From Candidatus Latescibacterota bacterium (GTDB lineage: Bacteria; Latescibacterota; UBA2968), in NCBI GenBank assembly GCA_965205975.1, contig OZ242195.1, positions 4,896,001 through 4,960,000 of the forward strand: a stretch of 64,000 nt of DNA, in the 5' to 3' direction. The first letter of the stretch is position 1, and each line of letters opens with the position of its first letter. Shown here piece after piece: positions 1-9,287 of the stretch. The position numbers were made by a program, and so were the translations under genes. The notes below the pieces were generated by a model. The model searched no databases and was not told the origin of the DNA. It was given only the letters and a program-made list of their open reading frames with translations.

Positions 1-1
1 T

Positions 2-61
2 CCCGATGGACAGGGGATTCACGATCGCGTAGCAGAGACTTTTGTGATTAGAACGGGGTGA
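2..61 (+). CDS. 3' end of a probable RDD-family membrane protein (partial)
   Basis: Hand translation PDGQGIHDRVAETFVIRTG* matches the RDD C-terminal pattern QGxHDxxAxTxV. Confidence 0.6.
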   Translation, partial: PDGQGIHDRVAETFVIRTG

Positions 62-64
62 AAA

Positions 65-2374
65 TTACCGGGTGCCTGGCACAAAGAAGACAGCATCTTT
101 TTTTGTGGTCTGGTCGGTGTTTTTGTCTGTGATTGTGAGTTTGAGGGTGTAGCGTCCAGATGCGAGGTTGGTGAGGGGCATTTCGAGATAGGTGTTTTCG
201 TCGGGGTTTGTACCGGCTTGATCAAAGCTGAGGCCAACGGCCTCGGTATTTTTTTGGCCCAATTTGGCGAGGAGGGATACGAGTGCGAAACCGGCTTCCT
301 GGCGTTTTTGTACTTCGTATGAGATGGTGTATCGCGTCTGTCCAAATTCGTCGCGTTTGAGGTTGTAGATTTCAAAGTAAACGTACATGGACATGCCGGG
401 GACAAAGGTTGCCGAGGGCTGCGGCTGAATGTATAGGTCGCCGCGCACAAAGGATGTGTCGGGTGCGCGATCCGCTTCGATGATGAGGGAGGCGATCTGG
501 ATGTCGCTCATCATCAGATGGCTTTTATCGTGATAGTCGGGCAGGTGAAGATCGGGCTGACGATATGCGCCAACACGGTTGGTATTTTGACGCCACGCTT
601 CAACGGCCAGTTCATATTCCCCGGGTTCGGCGATGTGATGCACGCCGCTGAGGGCTTGTAAACCCCGGTCTCTAATATCATCGGTGATGTCGATGGCCAA
701 TGCGCTTTTGGTGTTCTGAAAATTGAGGGCGCGGGGATAGATAAGCGCGGTGCGGCGTTCGACGACTACAGTGGTGTCCGGATCTGTGGGCAGGGCCACA
801 TTGTCTAAAGGCAGGCCAAATATGACCTGCAATTCGGTTTTGTTCTCCGGTCCCCGGAAGGTGAGGGTGTCGAAGTAAAAGTCGAGAGGGTCGAGTGCTT
901 CTATGCTGTACAATTCGGGTTCTATTGCGGCGAGCGATTGGGCGAGGGTGGCGGGGTTAAATTCGTTGAGGCGCTGGATAACGCTCATGTACGAGCGTCC
1001 GGAGGATTCGGCATTGGCGAGGTCTTCTTCGGTTAGCGATGGGACGGGGGCAAAATCGAAGTTTCCGCCCAGAAATTCATCGGTAAATGTAAATTCTGCG
1101 CCCTGTCCGAGGTTTTTATATACCCACACTTCCCAGGGTACAGAGGTCCAACCGCTGGTCGTTGTGACGGGGCGGTAGTCGGTAAAGCCCATATTGCCCA
1201 CGCGACCTATGCCACCTTGCTCCATGGTGCGAATCGGATAGACGGGACCGACGAAGTTTGCCTCAATGCCCGCATCGCCGTAAATCGCATACGCTCTTTG
1301 TTCTTGAAGACGCTGTACATCGAGCGGTACGATGGCATTGAGCTTGCGAGAGGTGGAGATGTAGTCGGGTTCGCCATATCGGATGTAGATTTCTCCTCGG
1401 CGATCCCACGGCCACTTTTTGCCAAAATGGGTTCGCGCATGCCATACCCTGCGGTAGTGTTCGGCTCGGCGCAGTGCGCCTCCCGAGGTTTTAAAGAGAT
1501 CTTTTTGCAACCAGAAGCGTGTGAGAAAACGCTCGCGTTGTGTTTTGTCGTCCGAAGCCGACGCGAGGCGGTAAGCGCGTGCTTCGGCTTTTGAGCCGAT
1601 ATAAGAGATGTCGTCATAGAGGGGTTGTTCTTCTTTGGATAAGGTCTCGATATAGCGTCGAAATGCCGTTAGTGCGCCTTCGTGGTTGCGTCTTTGAATG
1701 AGGGCCTGGGCGAGCAGTGGCAGTGCGCGGGGATCTCGCATGCGCGATGTGATGTCTTCGAGGTCGCGGTATTCTTTGGCTTCGTATAGCGCGTAGGCAA
1801 ATTGGTATGCGGTTTCGTGGTCTTCGGGGTTGCGCTCGAGGTATTTTTTGTAGTAGTATAGCGCGACCTGATGCGCGCTGCCTTCTTCGCGATGGGCGCG
1901 AGCGAGCAGGAGATAGGGCGAAGCCCGGTCGGGAAATCGCGCAATGGTTTGTGAGGCCGCTTTTCGCGCACGGCTTCCCATATCTTCAAGGGCGAGCAGG
2001 GTTTTGATGAGGTCGTCGTGGGCGTCGGCGTCTGTGGTGTCGATGGCGACCGCTTTTTCGTAGTGCGACAGCGCGCGGTCGGGTTTGTTGCGCAGGTTTT
2101 GATACACGCGGCCCAGGCCCGTGTGGGCAATTGCGAGGTTGGGGCGCAAAGCGAGCACGTTTTGAAAGGCTGCTTCGGCGCTGTCGGCTTCTTCAAGACG
2201 CAAATAGAGCAGGCCCATGCGCGCATAGGTCGCCGACGAATCAGACGCGGTAGCCAGATCTGCTTTCAATTGATTGATGACGTCGTGGAGGTCGCGGTTT
2301 TGCGCGAATCCCGTGCTTGCAAAACTGATGAGGAGCAGATAGATGGTTGAGAGGAAAATTTTGTGCATGGACAA
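65..2374 (-). CDS. TPR- and GWxTD-domain exported protein
   Basis: Signal peptide, N-terminal TPR-like helices, motif RFW..KD...EHYRR...WDRRGEIYIRYGEPD, C-terminal Ig-like segment (LASGRYTLKLTITD). Confidence 0.8.
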   Translation of the reverse strand: MSMHKIFLSTIYLLLISFASTGFAQNRDLHDVINQLKADLATASDSSATYARMGLLYLRLEEADSAEAAFQNVLALRPNLAIAHTGLGRVYQNLRNKPDRALSHYEKAVAIDTTDADAHDDLIKTLLALEDMGSRARKAASQTIARFPDRASPYLLLARAHREEGSAHQVALYYYKKYLERNPEDHETAYQFAYALYEAKEYRDLEDITSRMRDPRALPLLAQALIQRRNHEGALTAFRRYIETLSKEEQPLYDDISYIGSKAEARAYRLASASDDKTQRERFLTRFWLQKDLFKTSGGALRRAEHYRRVWHARTHFGKKWPWDRRGEIYIRYGEPDYISTSRKLNAIVPLDVQRLQEQRAYAIYGDAGIEANFVGPVYPIRTMEQGGIGRVGNMGFTDYRPVTTTSGWTSVPWEVWVYKNLGQGAEFTFTDEFLGGNFDFAPVPSLTEEDLANAESSGRSYMSVIQRLNEFNPATLAQSLAAIEPELYSIEALDPLDFYFDTLTFRGPENKTELQVIFGLPLDNVALPTDPDTTVVVERRTALIYPRALNFQNTKSALAIDITDDIRDRGLQALSGVHHIAEPGEYELAVEAWRQNTNRVGAYRQPDLHLPDYHDKSHLMMSDIQIASLIIEADRAPDTSFVRGDLYIQPQPSATFVPGMSMYVYFEIYNLKRDEFGQTRYTISYEVQKRQEAGFALVSLLAKLGQKNTEAVGLSFDQAGTNPDENTYLEMPLTNLASGRYTLKLTITDKNTDQTTKKDAVFFVPGTR

Positions 2375-2606
2375 TCCTTAGTAAGTGTTGCGGTAGTTTT
2401 TACACGTTTGTTTGGGTTTTTGGTTTCTTTTAAACATTAAAAACTTTTGTCGAATTTCTCAATGACTTTTGCGGCTTATGAGGCTGTAAAGGTATAAATA
2501 TATCTAATTTTCTTGACTTAGTTGAAGGGGCGTTTTATTTTCCGTCTGAAAGCGATGTGTGCGCAGGCAGGGATGTCTATGCTCTCACTCAAATGAAAGG
2601 GCATTT

Positions 2607-3068
2607 ATGACGTTGATGGAGATTCTGTCGGGCAAGTCGGTCATTATCGGGCTTAAGGGGCAAAACAAGCGAGAAATTCTCGAAGAGCTTGTTAATGAAC
2701 TCGAAGTAGGCGATAAAATTACTGACCGAGATAAGGTACTTCAGGCGGTTTTGGACCGCGAAGATATTATGAGTACGGGTATTGGGCACGGTATTGCCAT
2801 TCCCCATGGGAAGTCGGAATATGCCACGACGTTGGGCGGTGTGTTGGGCATCAAGTCAGAAGGTATCAATTTTAATGCTTTAGATGGTAAAAAGACCTAC
2901 ATTTTTTTTCTTTTGGTTTCTCCGCTAAATGTTTCGGGACCGCATATTAAAGCCTTAGCGCGTATATCAAGAGTGCTCAAAGGAGAAGACTTTAGACAGC
3001 GTTTGATTGGCATTAGAAATCGCGAGGAGGCTCTGGCGATTATTGCGGCAGAAGATAAGAAGCACTAA
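2607..3068 (+). CDS. ptsN: PTS IIA component (Ntr/fructose type)
   Basis: DREDIMSTGIGHGIAIPHGK phospho-His motif; start moved to the ATG after GAAAGGG. Confidence 0.85.
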   Translation: MTLMEILSGKSVIIGLKGQNKREILEELVNELEVGDKITDRDKVLQAVLDREDIMSTGIGHGIAIPHGKSEYATTLGGVLGIKSEGINFNALDGKKTYIFFLLVSPLNVSGPHIKALARISRVLKGEDFRQRLIGIRNREEALAIIAAEDKKH

Positions 3069-3094
3069 TAAATGTCATAAGATTTTGCCCAATG

Positions 3095-3122
3095 CCTGCT
3101 TTTCTGTAAAGCAGGTTTTTTT
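3095..3122 (+). terminator. Intrinsic terminator
   Basis: CCTGCTTT-tctgt-AAAGCAGG followed by a T run. Confidence 0.6.
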
Positions 3123-3137
3123 GTTTGAGCGTTTTTT

Positions 3138-5198
3138 ATGTTCGGTATTTCATTTACAAATCCAATGCTGTTGCACGGTTTGTGGGCGGCGCTGTTGCCG
3201 CTTGTGATTCATTTGTTAAATCGGCGCCGTACGGTAACGGTTTCGTTTTCAAATGTGGCACTTTTGCAAAGACTCCAGCACGACCGCATGCGACGGCTAA
3301 AATTAAAGCATCTCGCGTTGCTCATTTTGCGAACTCTGCTCATTGTTTTGCTGGTGCTGGCTTTTGCGCGTCCGACTTTGAGCGGGAGTAGTGGGCAGGT
3401 GGGCGATGCGGGAACGTCGGCGTTTATTTTGCTCGATCGTTCGTTGAGTATGCAATATCGCACAGCAGAAGGTACGTTGTTTGAGCGGGCGCTTCGCAGG
3501 GTGCAGGCTCTGTTGTCCCTGTTTGATGAGCGCGACGATGTGCGTATAGCACTGATTGACAATGACGTTGAGAAGGTTGATATGACCTCTCCAGAGCGGT
3601 TGCGGCTGCTTATGGATACGCTACAACCCGGTTTTGGCAGTACAGATTTTGAGGCGGGATTGCAATTGGCTTTGTCGCATTTGTCCGGGTCACAGATGCC
3701 CAACCGCGAGTTGTATTTTGTAACGGATCGCGCTTATAATGGGTGGATGAATTTGCCCGATACACTGTCTAATTTGGCCGATGTCTCGGTGTACATCCTT
3801 TCCGAGCGGCCTTCGCAAGTTGCCAATATCGGCATTGGGCAGATCAATACGACTTCTCCAGAGGTCGGGCGTTCAACCGCGCTGGGGATCGAACTGATCA
3901 ATTACGGCGCGGCAAATCGAGGCGATGTGCCTGTGCAGATATTTTTAGATGGTCGGCGCATTGGCCAGGATATTGCCCATGTGCCTGCGGGCGGGCGGCG
4001 CAAATTGCATACGTCGTTTGTGCCCAAAACAGGGGGGGATGTTGCCCTGCGTGTGGAAATAGGAGGAGATGATCTCGAGGCCGATAACAAGTGCGTGACA
4101 GTGTTGCGCATTCCAGAGCGCGTCCGCATTTTGCTGGTGGGGGATGCGTCCCGCGAGTCTTACTATCTCGCAGAGGCTTTGTCCGTTGTCTCAAGCGAGG
4201 TGGTGCAGGTTAAACCCGAGCGCGTATCAGATCAGGTGTTGGAAGATATTGATGTGGTTTTTTTGTGCAATGTTGCGCGGCTTTCTACAGGTGCGATTGC
4301 CGTTTTGCAAAATCGGATATCTCGCGGGGTTGGGCTGGCTATTTTCTTGGGGGATCAAATAGATGTCCGATATTATAATGAGCATGTGTTGCCCGCGCTT
4401 TTTCCCGCTAAATTACTCGGTACGCGGGGTGCGTTGTCAGGTGCTTATCAGGCTTTACAGACAGTTTTACCCGATCATCCCATGCTGTCGGGTCTGGAAC
4501 TTAAAGGGGCATTTCAAAGCCCGCGTTTTTTTGTTTCTTATCGGGTGTTGCCCGCGCAAAATGCACAATCTGTGTTGTTCTTTACTTCGGGGGCACCCGC
4601 GCTTCTCGAAGCGCGCAAGGGCAATGGGCGCGTCGTACTGTTCGCGTCTTCGGTGAGTGCGAATTTGGGATGGAATGACGCGCCGCTTTCCGGCTTTTTT
4701 GTTCCATTTGTGCATCGCCTGAGCGGATATCTGGCGGCTGGGGCGTTTGGTCGATCTGACTATCGCGTCGGTCAGGTTGTGTACAGAGATATCCGGCGAG
4801 AAAATGCTTCTGAAGCTGTTCTGCGGGCGCCGGGTGGAGAACCCAGAACAATTTGGCCTCAACAACGCGGCTTGCAATCGGTGTGGCCGGTTGGGGTAGT
4901 GGATGCGCCAGGGCTGTGGGAGATTTTTGCACGCGAGCGCGTCTCTGATCGCTTTGCAGTTCAGACTGATGAACGCGAACCCGATTTGACTCCGGTTCCG
5001 ATGGCGCGCCTCGAAGCTCTGTTTGGTAAAGACCGTTTGTGCGTTGTGGATGGCAAGGCCGATTTGAAGGAAGCGATTCTTTCCCAGAGGCATGGTCGGG
5101 AGCTTTGGCGATGGGTGTTGTTGTTGGCCTTGATGGCGATGGGTGCAGAGATGCTCGTTGCACAGTCTGCGCGCACGAGCCGCGAGACGCAACCTTGA
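3138..5198 (+). CDS. BatA / vWA domain membrane protein
   Basis: N-terminal FTNP..L....LPLVIHLLNRRR...FS...L, LAFARP, DRSLSM MIDAS motif, C-terminal ELWRW TM helix. Confidence 0.85.
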   Translation: MFGISFTNPMLLHGLWAALLPLVIHLLNRRRTVTVSFSNVALLQRLQHDRMRRLKLKHLALLILRTLLIVLLVLAFARPTLSGSSGQVGDAGTSAFILLDRSLSMQYRTAEGTLFERALRRVQALLSLFDERDDVRIALIDNDVEKVDMTSPERLRLLMDTLQPGFGSTDFEAGLQLALSHLSGSQMPNRELYFVTDRAYNGWMNLPDTLSNLADVSVYILSERPSQVANIGIGQINTTSPEVGRSTALGIELINYGAANRGDVPVQIFLDGRRIGQDIAHVPAGGRRKLHTSFVPKTGGDVALRVEIGGDDLEADNKCVTVLRIPERVRILLVGDASRESYYLAEALSVVSSEVVQVKPERVSDQVLEDIDVVFLCNVARLSTGAIAVLQNRISRGVGLAIFLGDQIDVRYYNEHVLPALFPAKLLGTRGALSGAYQALQTVLPDHPMLSGLELKGAFQSPRFFVSYRVLPAQNAQSVLFFTSGAPALLEARKGNGRVVLFASSVSANLGWNDAPLSGFFVPFVHRLSGYLAAGAFGRSDYRVGQVVYRDIRRENASEAVLRAPGGEPRTIWPQQRGLQSVWPVGVVDAPGLWEIFARERVSDRFAVQTDEREPDLTPVPMARLEALFGKDRLCVVDGKADLKEAILSQRHGRELWRWVLLLALMAMGAEMLVAQSARTSRETQP

Positions 5199-5238
5199 CT
5201 TTTGTAATTGGTGCGCGTATTTTTTTGCATTGTAATTA

Positions 5239-5293
5239 GGTGGGCAGAGAGGTGCCCCTACACGCTGGGCGGGCACAGGGACACCGCCCCTAC
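5239..5293 (-). repeat. Two tandem GTAG-type REP-like palindromes
   Basis: Minus strand reads GTAGGGGCGGTGTCCCTGTGCCCGCCC and GTAGGGGCACCTCTCTGCCCACC. Confidence 0.6.
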
Positions 5294-5316
5294 CCTGAAT
5301 GATAAAGGATGTTTTG

Positions 5317-7761
5317 ATGGCGAAAAATTTGATTATTGTCGAATCACCTGCCAAAGCGCGGACAATTTCTCGATTTGTGGGCAAGGACTACAAAGTCGCC
5401 GCTTCTATGGGGCATGTGCGCGATCTTCCCGCACGCGAATTGGGCTTTGATGTAGAGAGTTTTGATCCCAAATACGTCGTGTCACAAGACAAGCGCAGTG
5501 TGATTCAGGCGCTAAAGAAAGATATTGAAAAAGATACGACTGTATATCTGGCAACAGATGAAGACCGCGAAGGGGAATCTATTTCGTGGCATCTGATTTC
5601 TGCGCTCAAGCTCAAGAATCAGCCCATTAAGCGGATTGTGTTCCACGAGATTACCAGATCTGCGATTTTGCACGCGCTTGAAAATCCGCGCGAACTGGAT
5701 CAAAATCTGGTGGATGCACAACAGGCGCGTCGCATTCTGGATCGCGCTGTGGGATATCAGTTGTCGCCTTTGTTGTGGAGAAAGGTAAAGAGGGGATTGT
5801 CAGCCGGGCGCGTACAGAGTGTGGCGGTGCGGATTATTGTCGATCGGGAGCGGGAGATTCGGGCGTTTAAGCCAGAGGAGTATTGGAAGATTAAATCCGA
5901 TTTTAAGGATCCCAAATTTCAAGCTGAATTGACGCGGCAAAATGGCAAAAAAGCTGCTGTAAAAAATGAAGCCGAGGCCAAAGCTATTGAGGCGAGTGCG
6001 CTGCAGGGACAATTTATCGTAACAGAGGTGGTCGAGCGCGAGGGTAAGCGGCGGCCCGTGCCTCCGTTTACGACATCGACGCTGCAACAAGAGGCGTCTC
6101 GCAAGCTGGGTTTTTCCGTGGCGCAGACGATGCGGGTTGCACAACAGCTTTACGAGGGCAATTTTGAAATTCCCGAATATACCGGCGGTTTGATTACGTA
6201 TATGCGTACCGATTCGGTGAATTTGGCCGAGCAGGCGGTGAATCAGGCTCGGGAGGTGATTGCGCGGGAATTTGGCCGAGATTACACTGTGGAGAGTCCC
6301 CGGCGATTTGCCAACAGGACCAGGGGGGCACAAGAAGCGCATGAGGCGATTCGTCCGGCGGATTTGTCGATTACACCCAACCGCGTTAAAGCACATCTCG
6401 ATCCCCGACAATTTCGGCTTTACGATTTGATTTGGAAGCGTACGTTGGCGACGCAGATGGCCGATGCGCGCATTGCATATACGACGATTCGCATTCGGGC
6501 TGGTGAAGCGGGCGAATTGATTTTTGAGGCAAAGGGGCAGCGCGTTTTATTTCCCGGATTTTTGAGGGTTTATGCCGAGGGGTCCGATAATCCAGATGCA
6601 GATGTTAGCAACAAAGATGTGATTTTGCCAGAGGTTGCAAAGGGGCAGGTGCTCAATTTGGCGAAGTTGCATTTGGAGCAGTTGTTTACCAAACCGCCCG
6701 CGCGTTATACCGAGGCTTCGCTGGTGAAGAAGCTCGAGGGCGAGGGTATTGGGCGGCCTTCGACTTATTCGCCGACGATTTCAACCATTCAGAGCCGGGA
6801 ATATGTGGAACGCACGCGAGATAAGAAACTCAAACCCACAGATATCGGCGAGGTGGTGAACGATTTTTTGATGGCGCATTTTCCCGATATTGTCGATTTG
6901 GGTTTTACGTCGCATCTCGAAGACGATTTTGATGAGATTGCACAGGGCAAAAATTCATGGAAAGAGATGTTAGAAGAGTTTTATCCTCCGTTTAATGAGC
7001 GGGTGGAAGACAAAAAGTCGGTTGATAAAATTGGGCGCAATCTGGGGAAGGATCCCAATACGGGGCGCGAGGTGAGTGTGCGTTTTGGGCAGTATGGTCC
7101 CTATGTTCAAATTGGTAGTGCAGGTGAAGAAGAAAAGCCTTTGTTTGCATCTTTGCCTCCCAATCAGAGTATTTTTGATATTGAACTGGCCGATGCGCTC
7201 AAGTGTTTTGATTTGCCGCGCAAACTCGGGCAAAATGATGCGGGCGATGAGGTGCAGGTCAATATTGGTCGATACGGTCCCTATGTGCGAATAGGGCGCA
7301 AATTTTTTTCCCTGCCAGAGGGGGAAGATCTGTTTGAGGTGACACTGGATCGCGCGCTGGAGATTGCGGCGGCTGAGGAAGATCGCAAAGCGAAAAATGT
7401 GATCCGCGATTTTGACGATTTCCAGGTGCTCAATGGGCGGTATGGTCCCTATATTCGCAAAGATGGGAAGAATTACAAGATTCCCAGGGGGATGGATGCG
7501 GCGACATTGGATCGCGAGACGCTCGAAAAACTCATGCAGGGCGGGGCGGGCGGTAGGCAGTCGCAGAATGTGATTCACGATTTTGACGGGATTCAGGTTC
7601 TTGCCGGGCGGTATGGTCCTTATATTAAACACGATGGAAATAATTATCGCATTCCAAAGGGCGTGGAGGCGTCGTCTTTGACAAAGGCTGCTTGCGAGAA
7701 GATTATCGCAGAAAACCCGGCGACGAATAGGAGAAGGTCGAGCAGAAGAAGTAGGAAGTGA
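5317..7761 (+). CDS. topA: DNA topoisomerase I with C-terminal GRYGPY repeats
   Basis: IVESPAKA, ATDEDREGE, SAGRVQS, ITYMRTDS catalytic Tyr; four GxYGPY repeats instead of Zn ribbons. Confidence 0.97.
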   Translation: MAKNLIIVESPAKARTISRFVGKDYKVAASMGHVRDLPARELGFDVESFDPKYVVSQDKRSVIQALKKDIEKDTTVYLATDEDREGESISWHLISALKLKNQPIKRIVFHEITRSAILHALENPRELDQNLVDAQQARRILDRAVGYQLSPLLWRKVKRGLSAGRVQSVAVRIIVDREREIRAFKPEEYWKIKSDFKDPKFQAELTRQNGKKAAVKNEAEAKAIEASALQGQFIVTEVVEREGKRRPVPPFTTSTLQQEASRKLGFSVAQTMRVAQQLYEGNFEIPEYTGGLITYMRTDSVNLAEQAVNQAREVIAREFGRDYTVESPRRFANRTRGAQEAHEAIRPADLSITPNRVKAHLDPRQFRLYDLIWKRTLATQMADARIAYTTIRIRAGEAGELIFEAKGQRVLFPGFLRVYAEGSDNPDADVSNKDVILPEVAKGQVLNLAKLHLEQLFTKPPARYTEASLVKKLEGEGIGRPSTYSPTISTIQSREYVERTRDKKLKPTDIGEVVNDFLMAHFPDIVDLGFTSHLEDDFDEIAQGKNSWKEMLEEFYPPFNERVEDKKSVDKIGRNLGKDPNTGREVSVRFGQYGPYVQIGSAGEEEKPLFASLPPNQSIFDIELADALKCFDLPRKLGQNDAGDEVQVNIGRYGPYVRIGRKFFSLPEGEDLFEVTLDRALEIAAAEEDRKAKNVIRDFDDFQVLNGRYGPYIRKDGKNYKIPRGMDAATLDRETLEKLMQGGAGGRQSQNVIHDFDGIQVLAGRYGPYIKHDGNNYRIPKGVEASSLTKAACEKIIAENPATNRRRSSRRSRK

Positions 7762-7789
7762 GAGGATAGTCTGAAATTTGATCACTGCC

Positions 7790-8677
7790 ATGAAAACAGC
7801 CATTACCCAATTTCTCAACCATCTATCGCGACAGCGGCGATTGTCCGATCATACGTGTGCGGCATATAACACGGATCTGGATCAGTTTGCCGCTTTTTTG
7901 CAGGGGCGTCAGGTGGATCGCGTGGAACAGATTGACCGGAATGCGGTGCGAGATTTTTTGGGCTTTTTGCACAATAAGGGGTTTGGTCGGCGATCTGTTG
8001 CCCGAAAGCTGGCGACGGTGCGAACGTTTTTGAGTTATTTGTGCAATGTGGGCGATTTGGATCGGAATCCAGCACTCGATGTGCGCCCGCCCAGGCAGGA
8101 TAAGATATTGCCTGTTCATCTGGATGTTGACGAGGTTGCCCGCGCGATGTCTCTGCCGTCGCCCAATACGGTGTTGGGATTGCGCGATCGGGCGATTTTG
8201 GAGTTGTTTTATAGCGCGGGGATTCGATTGCGCGAGCTTGCGGGTCTCAAAATTGAGGCTGTGGATCTGGCAGATAAACTGGTGCGGGTTGTGGGCAAGG
8301 GCAATAAGGAGCGCCTGGTTCCTTTTGGGGAACCGGCCCGGGTCGCGCTGGTGGCTTATTTGATGCGGCGGGAGGAATTGGTTTCTGAACAGACGACGGA
8401 TAGACGGCACTTGTTTTTGGCGCGGTCTGGGCGTCCGCTGAGTCCGAGTGGTATTCAAGGTCGCGTCGCCCGGTATCTCAGCAAAGCGACCGGGCGGTCT
8501 TTGTCCCCCCATGCATTGCGCCACGCCTATGCAACCCATCTGCTGGATGCGGGTGCAGATCTCAATGCAGTGAGAGAATTGCTCGGTCATGCGAGTCTTT
8601 CTACCACACAGGTTTATACGCATGTGAGTGTTGAGCGGTTGAAAAGAGCCTATCGACAAGCGCATCCACGGGCGTGA
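7790..8677 (+). CDS. xerC: Tyrosine recombinase XerC
   Basis: RDRAILELFYSAGIR, GKGNKER, HALRHAYATHLL, LGHASLSTTQVY, HPRA end; follows topA. Confidence 0.9.
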   Translation: MKTAITQFLNHLSRQRRLSDHTCAAYNTDLDQFAAFLQGRQVDRVEQIDRNAVRDFLGFLHNKGFGRRSVARKLATVRTFLSYLCNVGDLDRNPALDVRPPRQDKILPVHLDVDEVARAMSLPSPNTVLGLRDRAILELFYSAGIRLRELAGLKIEAVDLADKLVRVVGKGNKERLVPFGEPARVALVAYLMRREELVSEQTTDRRHLFLARSGRPLSPSGIQGRVARYLSKATGRSLSPHALRHAYATHLLDAGADLNAVRELLGHASLSTTQVYTHVSVERLKRAYRQAHPRA

Positions 8678-8688
8678 AACGAGGAAGT

Positions 8689-8801
8689 ATGATTCTCGGA
8701 TACAAGGACCGCAGAACCGAGTTGTTCGCCAGTGGCGTATCCGCTTTACCTGGTCCGGCAGTCCGGGGCCAACCGATGTCGAGATTGTAGATTATCACTA
8801 A
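8689..8801 (+). pseudogene. higB: HigB (RelE-like) toxin remnant with internal deletion and frameshift
   Basis: One frame gives MILGYKDRRTELFASG; a shifted frame gives QWRIRFTWSGSPGPTDVEIVDYH*; RBS GAGGA; directly upstream of higA. Confidence 0.85.
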
Positions 8802-8821
8802 AATCGTAGAGGATCTGAGCC

Positions 8822-9112
8822 ATGTTGAAGCGAGTTGTTCATCCCGGAGAGATTCTACGAGACGAATTGGCGGAATTTGGAGTATCCCCAGCGACGTTTG
8901 CACATCAGATTGATGTGCCGCCGGATCGCATTGGTCAGATTATCGCGGGCAAGTGTTCTGTAGATAGCGATACCGCTTTGCGCTTCGGGCACTGGTTCGG
9001 GGTTGATCCTTTATTCTGGCTGAATCTTCAGATGCAGTTCGATCTCGTTGTGGCCGATCAGAAAGTTGGGATGGCTATACGAGCCTTACCCACTGCTCAG
9101 GAAAGCACCTGA
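8822..9112 (+). CDS. higA: HigA antitoxin
   Basis: HPGEIL start, HTH, TALRFGHWFG, FWLNLQ. Confidence 0.9.
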   Translation: MLKRVVHPGEILRDELAEFGVSPATFAHQIDVPPDRIGQIIAGKCSVDSDTALRFGHWFGVDPLFWLNLQMQFDLVVADQKVGMAIRALPTAQEST

Positions 9113-9285
9113 TGACACAACTTCCCGTATCATTGTTGAACGAACGATCTGTAGATTTACAGAAACGCGGTATTGACAAAGCGCAGGCTGCAGATTTGCG
9201 TGAACGCCTGGCGACCTTTGCCGAAGACTGGGAAAGCCCGGAAATGAGTATTTATGACAACTATGATGTAGCCAAATCCAATTAG
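9112..9285 (+). CDS. 57-aa small protein, probable antitoxin-like
   Basis: TGATG overlap with higA; MTQLPVSLLNERSVDLQKRGIDKAQAADLRERLATFAEDWESPEMSIYDNYDVAKSN; below the ORF-track cutoff. Confidence 0.6.
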   Translation: MTQLPVSLLNERSVDLQKRGIDKAQAADLRERLATFAEDWESPEMSIYDNYDVAKSN

Positions 9286-9287
9286 AC

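Noticed and set aside
7040..7720. Novel repeats in the TopA C-terminus
   Set aside because: These are the known topoisomerase C-terminal repeats
7790..8677. xerC as an integron or phage integrase
   Set aside because: Typical XerC length and HPRA end, no IntI-specific insertion, and a housekeeping position after topA
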